Shown: positions 37,591-51,505 of the stretch, piece by piece
Layout of the letters: every line of letters starts with the position of its first letter
How positions within the stretch are numbered: position 1 is the first letter of the stretch
NCBI RefSeq assembly: GCF_030028105.1
Contig: NC_092386.1
Coordinates: forward strand, 24,899,721-24,963,720
DNA from: Mobula birostris
Taxonomy: Eukaryota
Reading direction: 5' to 3'
DNA length: 64,000 nucleotides
The notes under the pieces: generated by a model
What the model was told of the DNA's origin: nothing
Seen by the model: only the letters and a program-made list of their open reading frames with translations
The model's database searches: none
Translations under genes and position numbers: made by a program

Positions 37591-38204
37591 CCCTTTTTTC
37601 GCAATTTTGTTTTGTAATTCTTGCCTGAAGGGTGTGTGAAATATTTTCATTCATTATTACCTGAATTAATTTTATCATTTGCCCTAATCCTTGCTGGTGG
37701 AGGTTTTTCAGAACATTTTTGGACCAGATTCAGCTGATTACCAATTCCAATGTAATAGATGCCAGTAGGGAAATTGTGATGTTATATTATATTGGATACT
37801 GTCGGATATAATTTCATCAACTTAAAAAGTAACCTCCATTTCTTGACCTGTTGAGTACTGACAACATTACTCTTTTGTTTTCAGATTACCTACAGTCTCA
37901 ATGTTTATAAATATAATCAAAGGAGGAAGATATCCTCTGGGGTCTGGTGTTCAGATTAGTTCAAAAGGGATCAATAATTCTGACTGTATCCTGTTTTGCA
38001 TTCTGCTATAGTTTTAACTTGGTTGGGGCTACCAGAGCAGTGACTGGTTTAGGTCATAAAGGGAAGAAAAGGAACATTTCAGCCCAACGTTCTTTGCTTT
38101 AGATGTACTTGCTACAGATAAAACTTGGAGTTACTTACCGCATTCCCAGAATGCCAGATAAAGTAAATCAGTTCAATAGCTTGTTTGCTTGACAGTCTTT
38201 GACT

Positions 38205-38668
38205 ATAGAAACATAGAAAACCTACAGCACAATACAGGCCCTTTGGCCCACAAAGCTGTGCTGAACATGTCCTTACCTGAGAAATTACCTAGGTTTATCC
38301 ATAGCCTTCTATTTTCCTGAGCTCCATATATCTGTCCAGGAGTCTCGTATCCACCTCCACCACTGTCGCCAGCAGCCCATTCCATGCACTCACCACTCTC
38401 TGTATAAAAAACTTAACCCTGACATCTCCTCTGTACCTACTTCCAAGCACCTTAAAACTGTACCTCCCCTGCTAGTCATTTCAGCCCTGGGAAAAAACCT
38501 CTGACTATCCACATGATCAATGCCTCTCATCATTATGTATAGTTTTTCACAAATTCTATTGCATTTCATAACTTTCCTGTGAATGCTTGCAAGAAAATGA
38601 ATCTCAATGTAATAATATATGGTGATATATATGTACTTTGATAATAAATTTACTTTGAATTTTGACTT
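38205..38668. mobile_element. CR1 3' end (-) abutting a Rex1-like tail (+)
   Basis: TAGAAACATAGAAAACCTACAGCAC; ATAATAAATTTACTTTGAA. Confidence 0.75.
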
Positions 38669-38984
38669 GACTTTGGTTAAAGAGCAAATTCCTCTTTTCT
38701 TCACAAAATTCTCTTCAACTGAAGGTTTCTAATGATTTGTGGTTTCGCATAATTTCTTTTCAGTTCTTGCTTTTACAAATGAAAATGAGAAACCTAGTAG
38801 TAAGTTATGGTTGTCCAGTCCAGCTGGATCACCTTACCCACAGGTTGATATTACTTTCTCATTCTTTAACACTCATCCCCATTAAACACATTACCCATTG
38901 AAACAACTTTAACCTTCAAAGAATGAGTGAGTTGGGATTTGTGTAATATGTAAAAATGATATAAATCTCAAACTGTTATGATAG

Positions 38985-40342
38985 TTATGGGGGTTTTCAA
39001 TATGCAGGTCTATTGGGAAAATTAGGTTAGTTCTGGATCCTGAGAGAGGGTATTTGAAGAATGCCTATGAGATGGCTTATTAGAGCAGCTTGTGTTTGAA
39101 CCCACAAGTGAAAAGGCAATTCCAGATTGGGTGTTGTTTAATGAAACAGGTTTAATTAGGTAGCTTAAGGTAAAGGAACCCTCAGGAAACAGTGATCATA
39201 ATATGGTAGAATTCACCCTGCAGCTTTAGAGGGAGAACCTAAAGTCAAATGTTTCGGTATTACAATGAAGTAATGGCATTTACGGAGGCATGAAAGAGGA
39301 GCTGGCCAAAGTTGATTGGAAAGAAACACTAGCAGGGATGATGGCAGAATAGCAATGGCAGGAGTTTCAGGGAGCAATTTGGAAGGTGCAGGATAGATAC
39401 ATTCCAAAGAATAAGTATTCTAAAGGGAGGATGAGACAACCACGGCTGACAAGAAAGGTCAAAGACAGCATAAAAGCAGAAGAATAAGTGTATAATACAG
39501 CAAAATGTATCTACATATTTATTTAGTGGTATAGGGTGGATTAGGCCCTTCTGGCCCTTTGAGCCTCACCACCTCAGCAATCCCACAACCCCCATTAACC
39601 CTAACCTAATCACGGGACAACTTACAGTGACCAATTAACCTTCCTGGTATGTCTTAGGACTGTGGGAAAACCGGAGCACCCGGATAATATCCACGTTTAT
39701 AGGAATGATGCACAGAATCTCCTTCTGGAACAGTGTCCGAACTGAACTCTGAACCCTGGAATGCCACAAGCTCTGATAGTGCCGTGCTAACCTCTGTGTT
39801 ACCGTGGCGAAGTTATAGAACTAGGAAGCTCTTACAAACCAACAGATGCAACTAAAAAAGCCACAAGGGGAGAAAAGATGAAATATGATGCTAAGCTAAA
39901 AGAGGATACAGAATATGTTCAGATATAAAGAGTAAAACTGAGGTGCGAGTTGGTCTGCTGGAAATATTGCTGGAGAGGTAGTAATGATGGGCAACAAAAG
40001 AGTCAACAAACTTAATAAATATTTTGTATCCGTCTTCACTGTGGAAGGCACTAGCAATATACCAGAAACTCAAGAGTGTCAGGAGGCAGAGGTGTGTGTA
40101 GGTGATGTTATTAAGAAGAAGGTGCTTGGGAAGCTGAAAGGTCGGAAGGTAGATCAGTCACCTGAACCAGACGGACAACACGCCAGGGTTATGAAAGAGG
40201 TGGCTGAAGAGATTGTGGAGGCATTAGGAGTGTTCTTTCAAGAATCACTAGATTTTGGAATGGTTCCAGAGGACTAAAAATTTGCAACTGTCACTTCATT
40301 TTTTAAGAAGGGAAGGAGGCTAACAAAAGAAATTACAGGCCA
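38985..40342 (+). mobile_element. CR1 ORF2 internal fragment (APE end to RT start) with nested V-SINE (39515-39808, -)
   Basis: CAGTGATCATAATATG (SDH motif); ORF LNKYFVSVFTVE..KVDQSPEPDG..GMVPED. Confidence 0.82.
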
Positions 40343-41204
40343 AAAAGTTCTATTCAAAAGGTTCAAAGGAAATCTAAACAAGCCTGATGTATGTTTGAAA
40401 CAAGTCCTGTGGACTGATGAAGTTAAAATAGAACTTTTTGGCCGCAACGAGCAAAGGTATGTTTGGAGAAAAAAGGGTGCAGAATTTCATGAAAAGAACT
40501 CCTCTCCAACTGTTAAGCATGGGGTGGATCGATCATGCTTTGGGCTTGTGTTGCAGCCTGTGGCATGGGGAACATTTACTGGTAGAGGGAAGAATGAATT
40601 CAATTAAATACCAGCAAATTCTGGAAGCAAACATCCAACCTTCTGTAAAAAAGCTGAAAATGAAGATGGAAAGAGGATGGCTTCTACAACACGATAATGA
40701 TCCTAAACACACCTCAAAATCTACAATGCACTACCTCAAGAGGCGCAAGCTGAAGGTTTTGCCATGGCCCTCACAGTCCCCTGACCTAAACATCATTGAA
40801 AATCTGTGGATAGACCTCAAAAGAACAGTGCATGCAAGACGACCCAAGAACCTCACAGAACTAGAAGCCTCTTGCAAGGAAGAATGGGTGAAAATCCCCC
40901 AAACAAGAATTGCAAGACTCTTAGCTGGCTACAGAAAGCGTTTATAAGCTGTGATACTTGCCAAAGGGGGTGTTACTAAGTACCGACCATGCAGGGTGCC
41001 CAAACTTTTGCTTCGGCCCCTTTTCCTTTTTTGTTATTTTGAAACTGTAAAAGATGGAAATAAAAAGGTTTTCTTGCTTAAAATATTAAAGAAACGTGTC
41101 TTCTTTAACTTTATGCCTTTTGGAAATCAGTTCATCTTTTATTTGCTTAGCTATTCACAGTAAAAAATTTTGACCAGGGGTGCCCTAACTTTTGCATGCC
41201 ACTG
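40343..41204 (+). mobile_element. Tc1 (DD34E) transposon, right half with IR/DR-type right end
   Basis: LWTDE..IELFG, QHDNDPKH, SPDLNIIENLW (34 residues between D and E); GGGTGCCC.AACTTTTGC repeated at ~40994 and ~41178; ends CCACTG|TA. Confidence 0.93.
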
Positions 41205-42322
41205 TATGTCACCATATACAACTCTGAGATTCATTCTCTTGTAGGCTTTCACAGTAAATACAAGAAATACAATAGAATCAAAGAAGGACTGCACCCAACA
41301 GGATGGACAAACAACCAAAGTGTCAAAGACAACAAACTGCAAATACAAAAAACTATAATAAGAAATAAATGAGCAATAAATACCAAAAACAGGAGATGAA
41401 GAGTCCTTCAAAGTGAGTCCATTGGATGTGTGAACTGTTTAGTGATGGGGTGAGTGAAGTTGAGTGAAGTTCTCCCCCATGAATCAAGAAGCTGATTGTT
41501 GAGGGTTACTAACTGTTCCTGAATCTGGTAGTGAGAGTCCTGATGTTCCTGCACCTTTTTTCCTGATGGCAACAGTGAGAAGAGAGCATGACCTGGGTGA
41601 TGGGTGCTGGTTTCCTGCGACAGCCCTGCTTATAGATGTTCTCAATGATGGGGAAGGCTTTACCCATGATAGACTGGGCTGTATCCACTACTTTTCGTTG
41701 GAGTTTCTGTCCAAGAGCATTGGCGTTTCCATACCAGGCAGTGACGCAATCAGTCAACATACTCTCTACTGCACATCTATAGAAGTTCGTTAAAGTTTTT
41801 GATGTCATGCTGAGTCCTCACAGACTTCAAAGGAAGTAGAAGCATGGCCATGCTTTATTCATAATTGCACTGATGTACTGTGCCCAGGACAGGTCCTCTG
41901 AAATGATAACACTGAGGAGCTTAAACTTGTTGACCTTCTCCACCTCTGATTGCCTGATGAGGACTGGCTTCTGGACCTCCAGTTTCCTCCTCCTGTAGTC
42001 AATGATCAGCTCCTTGGTCTTGCTGACATTGAGAGAGAGGTTGTTGTTGTGACACCACTCAGTCAAATGTTCAAACTCCTTCCTATATGCTGATTTGTCA
42101 CCACCTTTGATAACAGTGGTGTTGTCAGCAAGTTTAAATATGGCATTGGAGCTGTGCTTAGCCACACAGTCACAAGTGTAAATTGAGTAGAGCAGTGGGC
42201 TAACACACAGCCTTGTGATGCAGCTGTGCTGATGGTGATTGGGGAGGAGGTGTTGTCACCAATCCAAACTGAATGCGATCTACAAGTGAGGAAATTGAGG
42301 ATCCAATTGCGCGAGGAGGTAT
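41205..42322 (-). mobile_element. Rex1/Babar-like LINE 3' part
   Basis: ORFs FKLADNTTV..WCHNNNLSLNVSKTKELIIDYR, LTNFYRCAVESMLT..AWYGN. Confidence 0.88.
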
Positions 42323-42344
42323 TGAGCTAGAGGGGGTGCCGAAA

Positions 42345-42755
42345 AGATTTACGAGGACGATGCCAAGAATGGAGGGAAGGTTTGAATTGCAAGGAAAGAC
42401 TGGATGGGTTAGGCTGTCTTCCCCAGGGTGAAGGAGGATGAAGGCTGACCGCATAGAGGCTTATTAAATCATGAGCACCATATATAGGGTAGGTAGTCAT
42501 TGTCTTTCTTTCCAGGGTAGGGGAGTTTAAAACGAGAAGGCATAGATTTAAGATGAGATATGTATTCAGAGCTATCTGTCATAGGAAGTGGTAGATGCTA
42601 CAGTTACAATGTTTAAAAGATATCTGGATGGTGACCTGGAAAGGAAAAGAATTGCAGGAATATGAGGTAAGTGGGACTAGCTCAGTTAGACATCTTGGCT
42701 GGCATGAGTGAATTGGGCCAAAGAGTTCGTTTCCATACTGCATTACTCTGTCTCT
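42345..42755 (+). mobile_element. CR1 3' fragment
   Basis: AGATTTACGAGGACGATGCC..AGGAGGATGAAGGCTGAC..ATAGAGG. Confidence 0.65.
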
Positions 42756-44144
42756 GGAAAAACAAAAGGTATTCAGAGCAGTAGCTTTCCCCCAATCCAT
42801 TCTGTAGAATATTGTGAGCAGAACAATCTCCACTGAGCAATTTTCCACTCAGATGCCATCCACGAATTCTGACCCATCAAATAAGATAGTGAGCTTTGAG
42901 CCAGCAGATTAATTCCTGATTAAAACCTGTATTTCCTGGGGCCTAGCAACTGAAAGCAGGCTCAGTGGGTATGGTGTGAGGGGCAGTACTAACCCAGACA
43001 GAAAAGTGTAGGTAAATGCAATTCTGTTCACCTTTTGTGATTTGATGAACTGGTTGTGATACTGAATCCAGGAGAGGGCAGGAACATTCTGGTTGCTCAT
43101 TTGTGAGAAATCTTCCATCAGGCAGGATTTATCGGCTTCTCACTGGGGAGTGTAACAGACCCACCGTTCCCCGTAACCTGCTTAGACTGATGTCTGGCAT
43201 GTAATCTTAAATTGCATAGCAATGACCCGTGACAGTGGAAGAAGAGCACTGGTGTGTGTCTCATTTGTCTTGCTCAGCTACATCCATTGAGAAGCCCGAT
43301 AATAATAGGATTTCAATGGCTGTACTGAAAGAGCTCTGGCAAAATTCTCTGCAGTCCACTGGGGATTCTCTCCAGCCTCCATCAAAAAAACCTTTCTGGT
43401 GGCTGTCCTTGCGCTGTCATATCTCTGCGCTCAACATCTTTATTGACAGCAGTGCCGATATTTCCAAACATTCCCAGTCCATTCAACTCATTAATGTCAG
43501 GTCAATCCTGACCTTTAAATGTATTCTTTTGGAGATGACCCTCTGCTGTATGCGTTTATAAATATTTCCCACTATTGGCTTCTCGTCACATATTTTTCAT
43601 ACCTCTTTACTAAGGGTCACTATTCATTTTGCAGGGGTTTAATTGTCATTTGGGAAACACAGGAAGCACTGGGCATTAGTAAAAATGCATGAGCTCTCAA
43701 AGGTTATTTACAAATGTCTAATCTTCTGATGGGTTTATTGCAACTTTATTTGATTAAAAAGAAATACATTGTCTTTCTATAAAGTAAAATCTAACTAAAC
43801 TAAACATAGTGCTCTTATTATCGTGGAAACCCAGCTAATGGATTTTCTGTCTTCTAAATGGACATGAGTCATCGATGCAATTTCACAATTGATTTTAAAG
43901 AGAGCAGACTGCCCAGTGTTAGAGACACAGGCAGACCTTACAGTAGCACATTAGTTAAGTAAAGCACAGCTTAAAAGAAAAACACATCATTAAAGGTACT
44001 TTAGATGAAAATGAAATAGTTCCAGACACCCTGACATGTCTGGGGTAATTTGAAACTTGCTCAGGCCAGTTATTTTTGTGTGTTACCGGCAAATGCAAGG
44101 TTGTGTGTAAATAATACAAATAATATAGCAGGACAAGCTATGTT

Positions 44145-44368
44145 ACAGAGGTGGGGGGCGTGGAATGCACTGCCAACAACAGTGGTAGAGGCAGAGACAA
44201 TAGGGTCTTTTAATAGACTTTTAGATAGGTTTTCTAATAGCTTAGAAAAATAGAAGGCTATACGGTAGGGAAAATCTAGGCAGTTTCTAGAGTAGGTTAC
44301 ATCGTTGGCACAACATTGTGGACCAAAGGGCCTGTAATGTGCTGTAAATTTCTATGTTCTATGTTTCT
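44145..44368 (+). mobile_element. CR1 3' end
   Basis: WNALP frame; tail TTCTATGTTCTATG. Confidence 0.8.
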
Positions 44369-45309
44369 ACAAGTGAGGGGATTAGATTGTTTTGGATTGC
44401 TTGATCTTATTTTACACGACATTGGATTCCACTATTATTGCTAAACCTGCAACTTATTTGTTGGTTTTGACCTGGGCAGTTAGCTGAGTAGGGGGCAGAT
44501 CAAGTGATGGTATAAATGAGTAATCCTGAGTCAATTATCCATTATACATCTCTCTCAGTTTTCACATTCATTGATTTCAATAAACATAAAAGGAGTGCAG
44601 AATGAGGGATTTTATATTATCCAAGATCAAAATGACTTTCAAAGAGTGTAACTAACTTGAGTTTATTTATGTGATAAAGGAATCTATATACCATAAAAAT
44701 GATAAGCCTGGTGAGAATTTCAGTGAATAGCCACCCTTGAAGTAAAAATATTGATGAGGACCAGACTTGCTCCAACCTTAAGCTTGTTTCATCTTTCAAT
44801 GAAATCATGTCTGTTCTGTCATCTAACTCTACATTGTATTCCTTAAACCAGTGATTATCAAAGGCTTCAGATTTGACAAGAACATCAATTGTCATTGCAG
44901 AAGAGATTTCCAGATCTCTAACATCTTCTGCATTTAGAAATGTTTCCTATCTTTATCCTCGAAAGGACTGTCATAGTTCTTAGGTTCTTCCCTTAGTGCG
45001 ACAAAAATGTTTCTCTCTCTCTTGTCAGACTCGTTTGTATCTTAACAGTTTCAGCTGTCACTGCTTAACTTCTAATGGACCCCCAAATTCTGGGGAATAT
45101 AACTTAATTAGTGTGATTTTTCCTATTAGTTTAATTTCTGAGAGTCAACGTATCACTCTTGTGATCTTCGCTGTAGTTCTTCCAAAGCCAAAGTATCCTC
45201 ACCAAGGGAAGATGCTCACAGCTGTTCAGAGTATTCTAGGTATGAGCGAACTCTAGGTTTATTTATTCAGCATAACTTCTAAAATCTCCAACCTGACAGC
45301 ATGAATATT

Positions 45310-45720
45310 AATTTCTCTAACTTCTGGTAATTTCTCCACCCTTCCCCCTTCTCTCTTTTTTCCATTCCCCATTCTGGATCCTCTCTTATCCCTTCTCCTC
45401 ACCTGCCCAATGACACCTTCTGGCGCCCCTCTTCCTTCCCTTTTTCCCACAGTCCACTCTCCTCTCCTGTCAGATTCCTTCTTTAGCCTTTTACCTCTTC
45501 AACCTATCATCACCAGCTTCTCACTCCACCCTCCCACTTTCCTTCTCACCTGGTTTCACCTGTCACCTGCCAGCTAGTACTTCTTCCCCTCCCACTCACC
45601 TTCTTGTTCTGGCTTCTGCCTCCTTTGTTTTGAGCCTTGATGAAAGGATTCTGCCTGAAACGTCAACCATTTACTCCCCTCCAGAGATGCTGCCTGACCT
45701 GCTGAGTTCCTCCAGTGTCT
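45310..45720 (+). mobile_element. Penelope-like 3' fragment with decayed hammerhead
   Basis: Pyrimidine-rich UTR, TTGATGAAAGG..CCTGAAACGTC, GATGCTGCCTGACCTGCTGAGTTCCTCCAG. Confidence 0.78.
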
Positions 45721-45724
45721 CCAG

Positions 45725-46945
45725 CACCATCCTGGCAATTCTCGACAATGTTCCTCAACCCCTTGGCTGAACAGAGGAGCACTTTTAGTAAAACACTAAG
45801 ACAAATGTGCTGCTCTGAAGAGCACTCCATGAGGTCATTCCCACCCTTAGCCATTAAGCTCTATAATGAGTCAACCTATAGCTGGGGAAGTGACAACCCC
45901 ATTGTGTTAGACCATTTGAGGTAACTTACTTTTTGTTTTTTCTTTCTTCTTTTCTAATATCTGTATATCTGTGCATTTGTAATGCTACTGTAATAATTTC
46001 CTTTGGGATCAATACCATATCTATCTGTCTATCTATCTATCTACAACACTCTCTTACTCAATGTCAGCAAGATCAGGGAGCTGATTATTGACCAGTCAGA
46101 GGAAACCAGAGGTCCATGATCCATTCCTCATCAGATGACCAAAGGTGAGAGGGTCAGCAATTTTAAATTCTTCGGTGTTTTTATTTCGCAGAACCTCTCC
46201 TTGGCCCGGCACCTAAGTGGAATTATGAAGAAAGCACGGCAGCATCTCTATTTCCTCAGTAGTTTACAAAGATTCGGCATGCCATCCGAAATTTTGACAA
46301 ACTTCTATAGAAGTGTAGTGGAAAGTATATTGACTGGCTGCACAGCGCCTGGTATGGGAACACCAATGCCCTTGAATAGAAAATCCTACAAAAAGTAGTG
46401 GACATGGTCCACTCCATCACGGGTCAAGCTGTCTTCTTCATTGAGCACATCTACATAAAACGTTGCCTCAGGAAGGCAGCATACACCATCAGGGACCCCA
46501 CCACCGATGTCATACTCTCTTCTCACTGCTGTCATCAGGAGGAAGGTACAGGAGCCTCAGGACTCACACCACCCGGGTCAGGAACAGTTATTATCCCTCA
46601 ACCATCAGGCTCTTGAACCAAAGGGATAACTTCACTCATTTTCACTTGCCCCATCATTGAACTGTTCTCACAACCTATGGACTCACTTTCAAGGACTTTT
46701 CATCTTATTTCTTGATAATGATTTCTCATTGATTTATTATTATTATTATTATTATTTCTTCTTGTATTTGCACAGTTTTTTGTCTTTTGCTCATTGGTTG
46801 AATGCCCGAGTTGATGCAGTCTTTCATTGATTCTATTATGGTTATTATTCTATTCTGAATTTATTGAGTATACAGACAAGAAAATGAATCTCAGGGTTAT
46901 ATATGCTGACATGTGTGTACGTTGATAATAAATTTACTTTGAACT
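45725..46945 (+). mobile_element. LINE 3' end with (CTAT)n tail (45725-46042) followed by Rex1/Babar-like 3' part (46043-46945)
   Basis: ORF ERVSNFKFFGVFIS..KKARQHLYFL..LTNFYRSVVESILTGC; tail ATAATAAATTTACTTTGAAC. Confidence 0.82.
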
Positions 46946-47231
46946 TTTGCCTTTGTATGTGTTGACTTAAAATGTTATACTCCAGACCTCCAGACATAAG
47001 ACTGCTATAATGTTAGATTATGCCTTACCCACGACATTGCCATTTTGGAGTGGCCATTATCGGGAGAGATGGGTTTCACCTGAGTAGGGTGTTTGAATAA
47101 GTGCTTTGCCTCATTAGGCTTCAGGAAGAGAAGATTAAACATAGGAAGGAAACAAGTAAGGTTTGATATTTTCATTTTAACTTTTCTATTTAGAATGAAA
47201 GTATTTCGGATGCGTCTTACAGCAGTGGTAT

Positions 47232-50200
47232 GTGCTATGCATTGTAGCTCCATAAACTAATTGAAAGAAAAACCTATGAGCCAGGAATATTCATGGACTT
47301 AATTTTTCTTTAGTGAGGCCAGTATACTACATAGTATATATACTAAATAGATATTCACAGCATAGTAAATTTTAAGTTGTCTCATTCAGGCCTAAAAATT
47401 TAGTTGCATGGAGGATTTCTTACTCTTGTGGGACAAGGGGGATCACTCTGCTTGGCAGGTGAGACTTGTGGCTGTGGAACAATCTCAGGCTCTGGGGCTT
47501 CCTCTGTGGTGGTTGCAATAGTTAACTCTGGGACTGCAGGAGGTAGTTCTGACAGGTCTGGACACCTTTCTTCTCTTAGAAATGACTCTGCTCTCCTTAA
47601 CTGATCGATGTGTTGTCTCCACTGTGAGGAGAGTGGTTCCAATTCTGTCCTTAATCTTTCCAAATACCCACTTTTGATCACTTCTGCAGTTGCTCTCCAA
47701 GGCTGTTTGTCCAGGATTGAAAAGTCGAACGAATGTCCCTGACTGAGGAGCCCTCAGTTTGTCCCAGCTGATTGTCCCGCATACCCCTCTGACATTGTGA
47801 TTTAGGAGGTCCAAATGTGAGTGCAGGGGGTGACCCAGGAACAGCATAACTGGTGAGTTGTTAGTTTTGGGGTGTGCTGCATTGCCATATGCAAGGAGGA
47901 AATTGGTAAGCTTTTGATTCAGTTTTAGTGTAGAGTGTTCAGCTGATGTTCTTTGAAATACATTTTTTAGACTCTGGACAAATCTTTCCATCAAACCATT
48001 TGTAGCTGGGTGGTATGTTGCAGATGTAATATGTCTTATTCTGTTCATTTTCAAAAATGACTGAAACTGTTCCACAACCTGCTGTGGTCCATTGTCACTG
48101 ACTAAGTGTTCTGGAACACCAGTCCTTGAGAAGAGGCTTCTCAAAACATGGACAGTGTGCAAGGCTGTAGTGGAGTCTGCTAGGAACATTTCAGGCCATT
48201 TTGTAGGTGCATCAACTATTACCAAGGAATTTGTGCCCATGAATATTCCAGCAAAATCCAATGAATCCTCTGCCAGAGCAATGCAGACCATTCTCAGGGA
48301 TAGAGAGTCGCTGCTCTTGACATCTTTTCGACGTGATGACATCTCGAACCGTACATGGTGAGCTGCTCGATCAGCTGATATATCCCGGGCCACCAGAGAA
48401 AGTTTCGCGCCAATGCTTTCATTTTGACCACGCCTAGATGACCGGCGTGTAGGTCCTCCAACACCTTAGCTCTCAGCTTGGATGGTACAACACCTCTCAA
48501 TCCCTGCGTAAGGCAACACCCCTGTTAACGGCAAGTTCATCCCTGCGCTGGTAAAAAATGGTGGGACTGGAGCTTCTGCTGCACACTTCAGCCAGTTTGG
48601 GTTGCCATGTAGGTTTAAGACAGTGTGGGGTCTTTTCTGGGTTTCCTTTGGATCATCTCTACCATAATAGGGAGACTTTTGATTTGCATTAGGGAGAATA
48701 CTTCAACAGGAGTGTCCTCCTTTGTAAATTTTTCAGGTATTTCATTTTCTAAGGGTAAACGGGACAATCACCTGCATTTCCATGATTAGTTGTCCTCTTG
48801 AATTTGATCTTGTGATTGTGTCCTCCAAGATAAAGAGCCCATCTCTGCACTTGTGCATCTGCTGTTGAGGAGCTCTCTTCTGTGGATTGAAAATGGACTC
48901 TTGTTGCTGATGGTCAGTAATAAGGATAAAGTCTCTTCCACACAGGTACTGATTGAAACATTTTACACCCTAAACCAGACTCAAGGCCTCTCTGTCAACC
49001 TGTGCATAACTTTTCTCTGCAGCAGTAAGGGAACATGATGTAAAAGTATGTGGCGTTCACTTCCATCACTCATATGTGACATGAATGCACTATACCATAA
49101 GGCGAGATGTCACTGGACAATGTGGATCATAACATGTAAGTGCAATGTCTGATGTCACCATTTCCTTTGCCTTTTGGAAAGCTATCTCACACTGATTTGT
49201 CCATTGCCGTTTCTTTCTGACCTGTAGTAATCTGTTCAAGGCGTGGAGCTCAGTAGCTAGGTTTGGCAGGAACCTTTTATAATAATTGGCAGTCCTAAAA
49301 AGGACCACAGCCGTGACATGTCTGTTGGCCTTGGGTTATCCACCACTGCTCGAATTTTCTTATCAGACTTGTGTAATACTTGTGCGCCAATGTTGTGACC
49401 ACAGTAAGTGATGCATGGATTTCAAGAATTCACACTTGTAGTGTTGTGCTCTGAGCCCATAATCTTCTAATCTTTTTAACACTGTCTTGAGATGTTGGGG
49501 ATGTTCTTTGTTACACTTACCAGTAACTATCATGTCATCCAGGTAAAACTGAATGCCTGGGGAACCTTGCAGCACCTAGTCGATAACTTTCTGCCAGAGT
49601 GCTGGAGCAGATGCTACTCCCAAAATAAGCCTATTATAGCGATAAAGCGATTTCTGAGCATTTATGGTGAGAAACACTTTGGATTCTTCTTCCATCTCCA
49701 ACTGTAGGTAGTCCTCAGCTAAGTCTGCTTTGTCAAAGTGTTTTCCTCCTGAGCGGTTTGCAAAGATATCATCTATCCTGGGCAATGGGTATTAATCTAC
49801 TTTCAGTACTGTGTTGGTGGTAACCTTAAAATCATCAGAGATCCTGACAGACTCATCCTTATTGGCTACTGGGATCACTGGTGTTGTCCATGGTCTCCAG
49901 ACAACCCTGGAAAGAATTCCCTCAGCTTCCTTACGATCTAGCACACTGAATTCTTCATCATGGATGGTATATAGAACTGCTCAGGCTTTGTAAAACTTGG
50001 GTGTGGCATTTTCATTTAATATTATTTTATCTTTGCTATATTTGAGTTGTCCAATGCCATTCTTGAACATTGCTGTGGCATCATTCAGTACCTTTCTTAG
50101 TTCACTTTCAGTTGACTCTATTGCAGGAGATGTGACCTACAAATGATGGATGGATCTCCAATCAATTTGCAGTGGTCTCAGCCAATGTTGGGCCTCCTGT

Positions 50201-51450
50201 TTGTATCACATACAAGCCTTATTTGGTTTGTTGACTGTTGTTTTTCACTATTATGAATGTCATTCCCACAGGAAGCTATCTTCTCTCCATTATATCTTCT
50301 TAGTTGGATAATGCAGGCTTCAGTTCAGTATCTTTGAAATGTTGTTCAAACTCATTTTGTGGAATGTAGGAGACAGCGGAGCCAGTGTCCAATTCCATTT
50401 TAAGTAATTTGCCATTCACTTCTGGTGTAAGCATGTTGTTTGTTTCCTTTTAGTTTTCACATTGTAAATCTCAAGGTTACTCAGTACTGTGTCACTGATC
50501 ATTATCAGATTTTTTCATCAACAGTATGCAAATTACTGCTCTTTTTGCAACTGCACCTTGACTTCTTATCTTTATTTCTTCCCTGTGCAGTCCATTTATT
50601 TTTGTCTGCCTGACATGTTCTTCATATGTGTCTACTTTGTTGCATTTTCTACAAATTTCACCTTTACGTTTGCATCAGTCTGGTGTATGAGAGCCCCCGC
50701 CATAACAATAGCACAATTTGTTCAGACAGGCAGTTTTCTGTTTAGATGTTTCAATTTTGTTCTCGCTGTGCCATTCCTGACTGCAACTCAGTTGCCCCTC
50801 TGACTGGTGCTTCCATTGATACAGCAATTTCAACTGCTCTTTTAAATGTGAATCTTGCCTCAGTTAGGAAATATATTTGAATGCTTTATGTAAGATTCCA
50901 TGAACTAAACAATCCCCCAGTACATCAGAAAGTCCATCACTGAACTGGCAATGCTTGGACAATTTCTTCATATCAGTCACATAAGCTGAACAGGACTCCT
51001 CTTCCCTTTGATTCAGCTTATGAAACCTAAAGTGTTCTGCAAGCAACAATGGTTTTGGTTCTAAGTATACCTGCATCACGTTCACAATATCAGCAAAGTT
51101 CATTTTTGGCTGGTTTGTTTGGAGCAGTTAATCTTCTAAGTAAACTCTATGCTCCTCCACAAATTGCACTCAGCAAAGCGGGCATTCATTTCTCATCGCC
51201 GATTCCATTTGCTTTAAAGTACTGCTTAATTCATTCAGTATACATCAGTTAGTTATCCCTTGTGCGATTGAACACATCTATCCTTCCAATACAGCTACCG
51301 ATTTCTGCTTGCTTATTTATTTATTTATTTAGTATTACCACCTGGTACTCACTGGATATGAAGCTGTGAATTTTATCCATTTTGTGCCTTTTTAAACCTA
51401 GCTGAATCTGTCCTTTCCCAAAGAACAGATGGTATTTCTTTAACTTGAAC

Positions 51451-51505
<55 letters not shown>

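Noticed and set aside
47118-47155. Possible 38-nt micro-exon (TCATTAG|...|GTAAG)
   Set aside because: Weak acceptor, no recognisable peptide; cannot be supported without RNA-seq.
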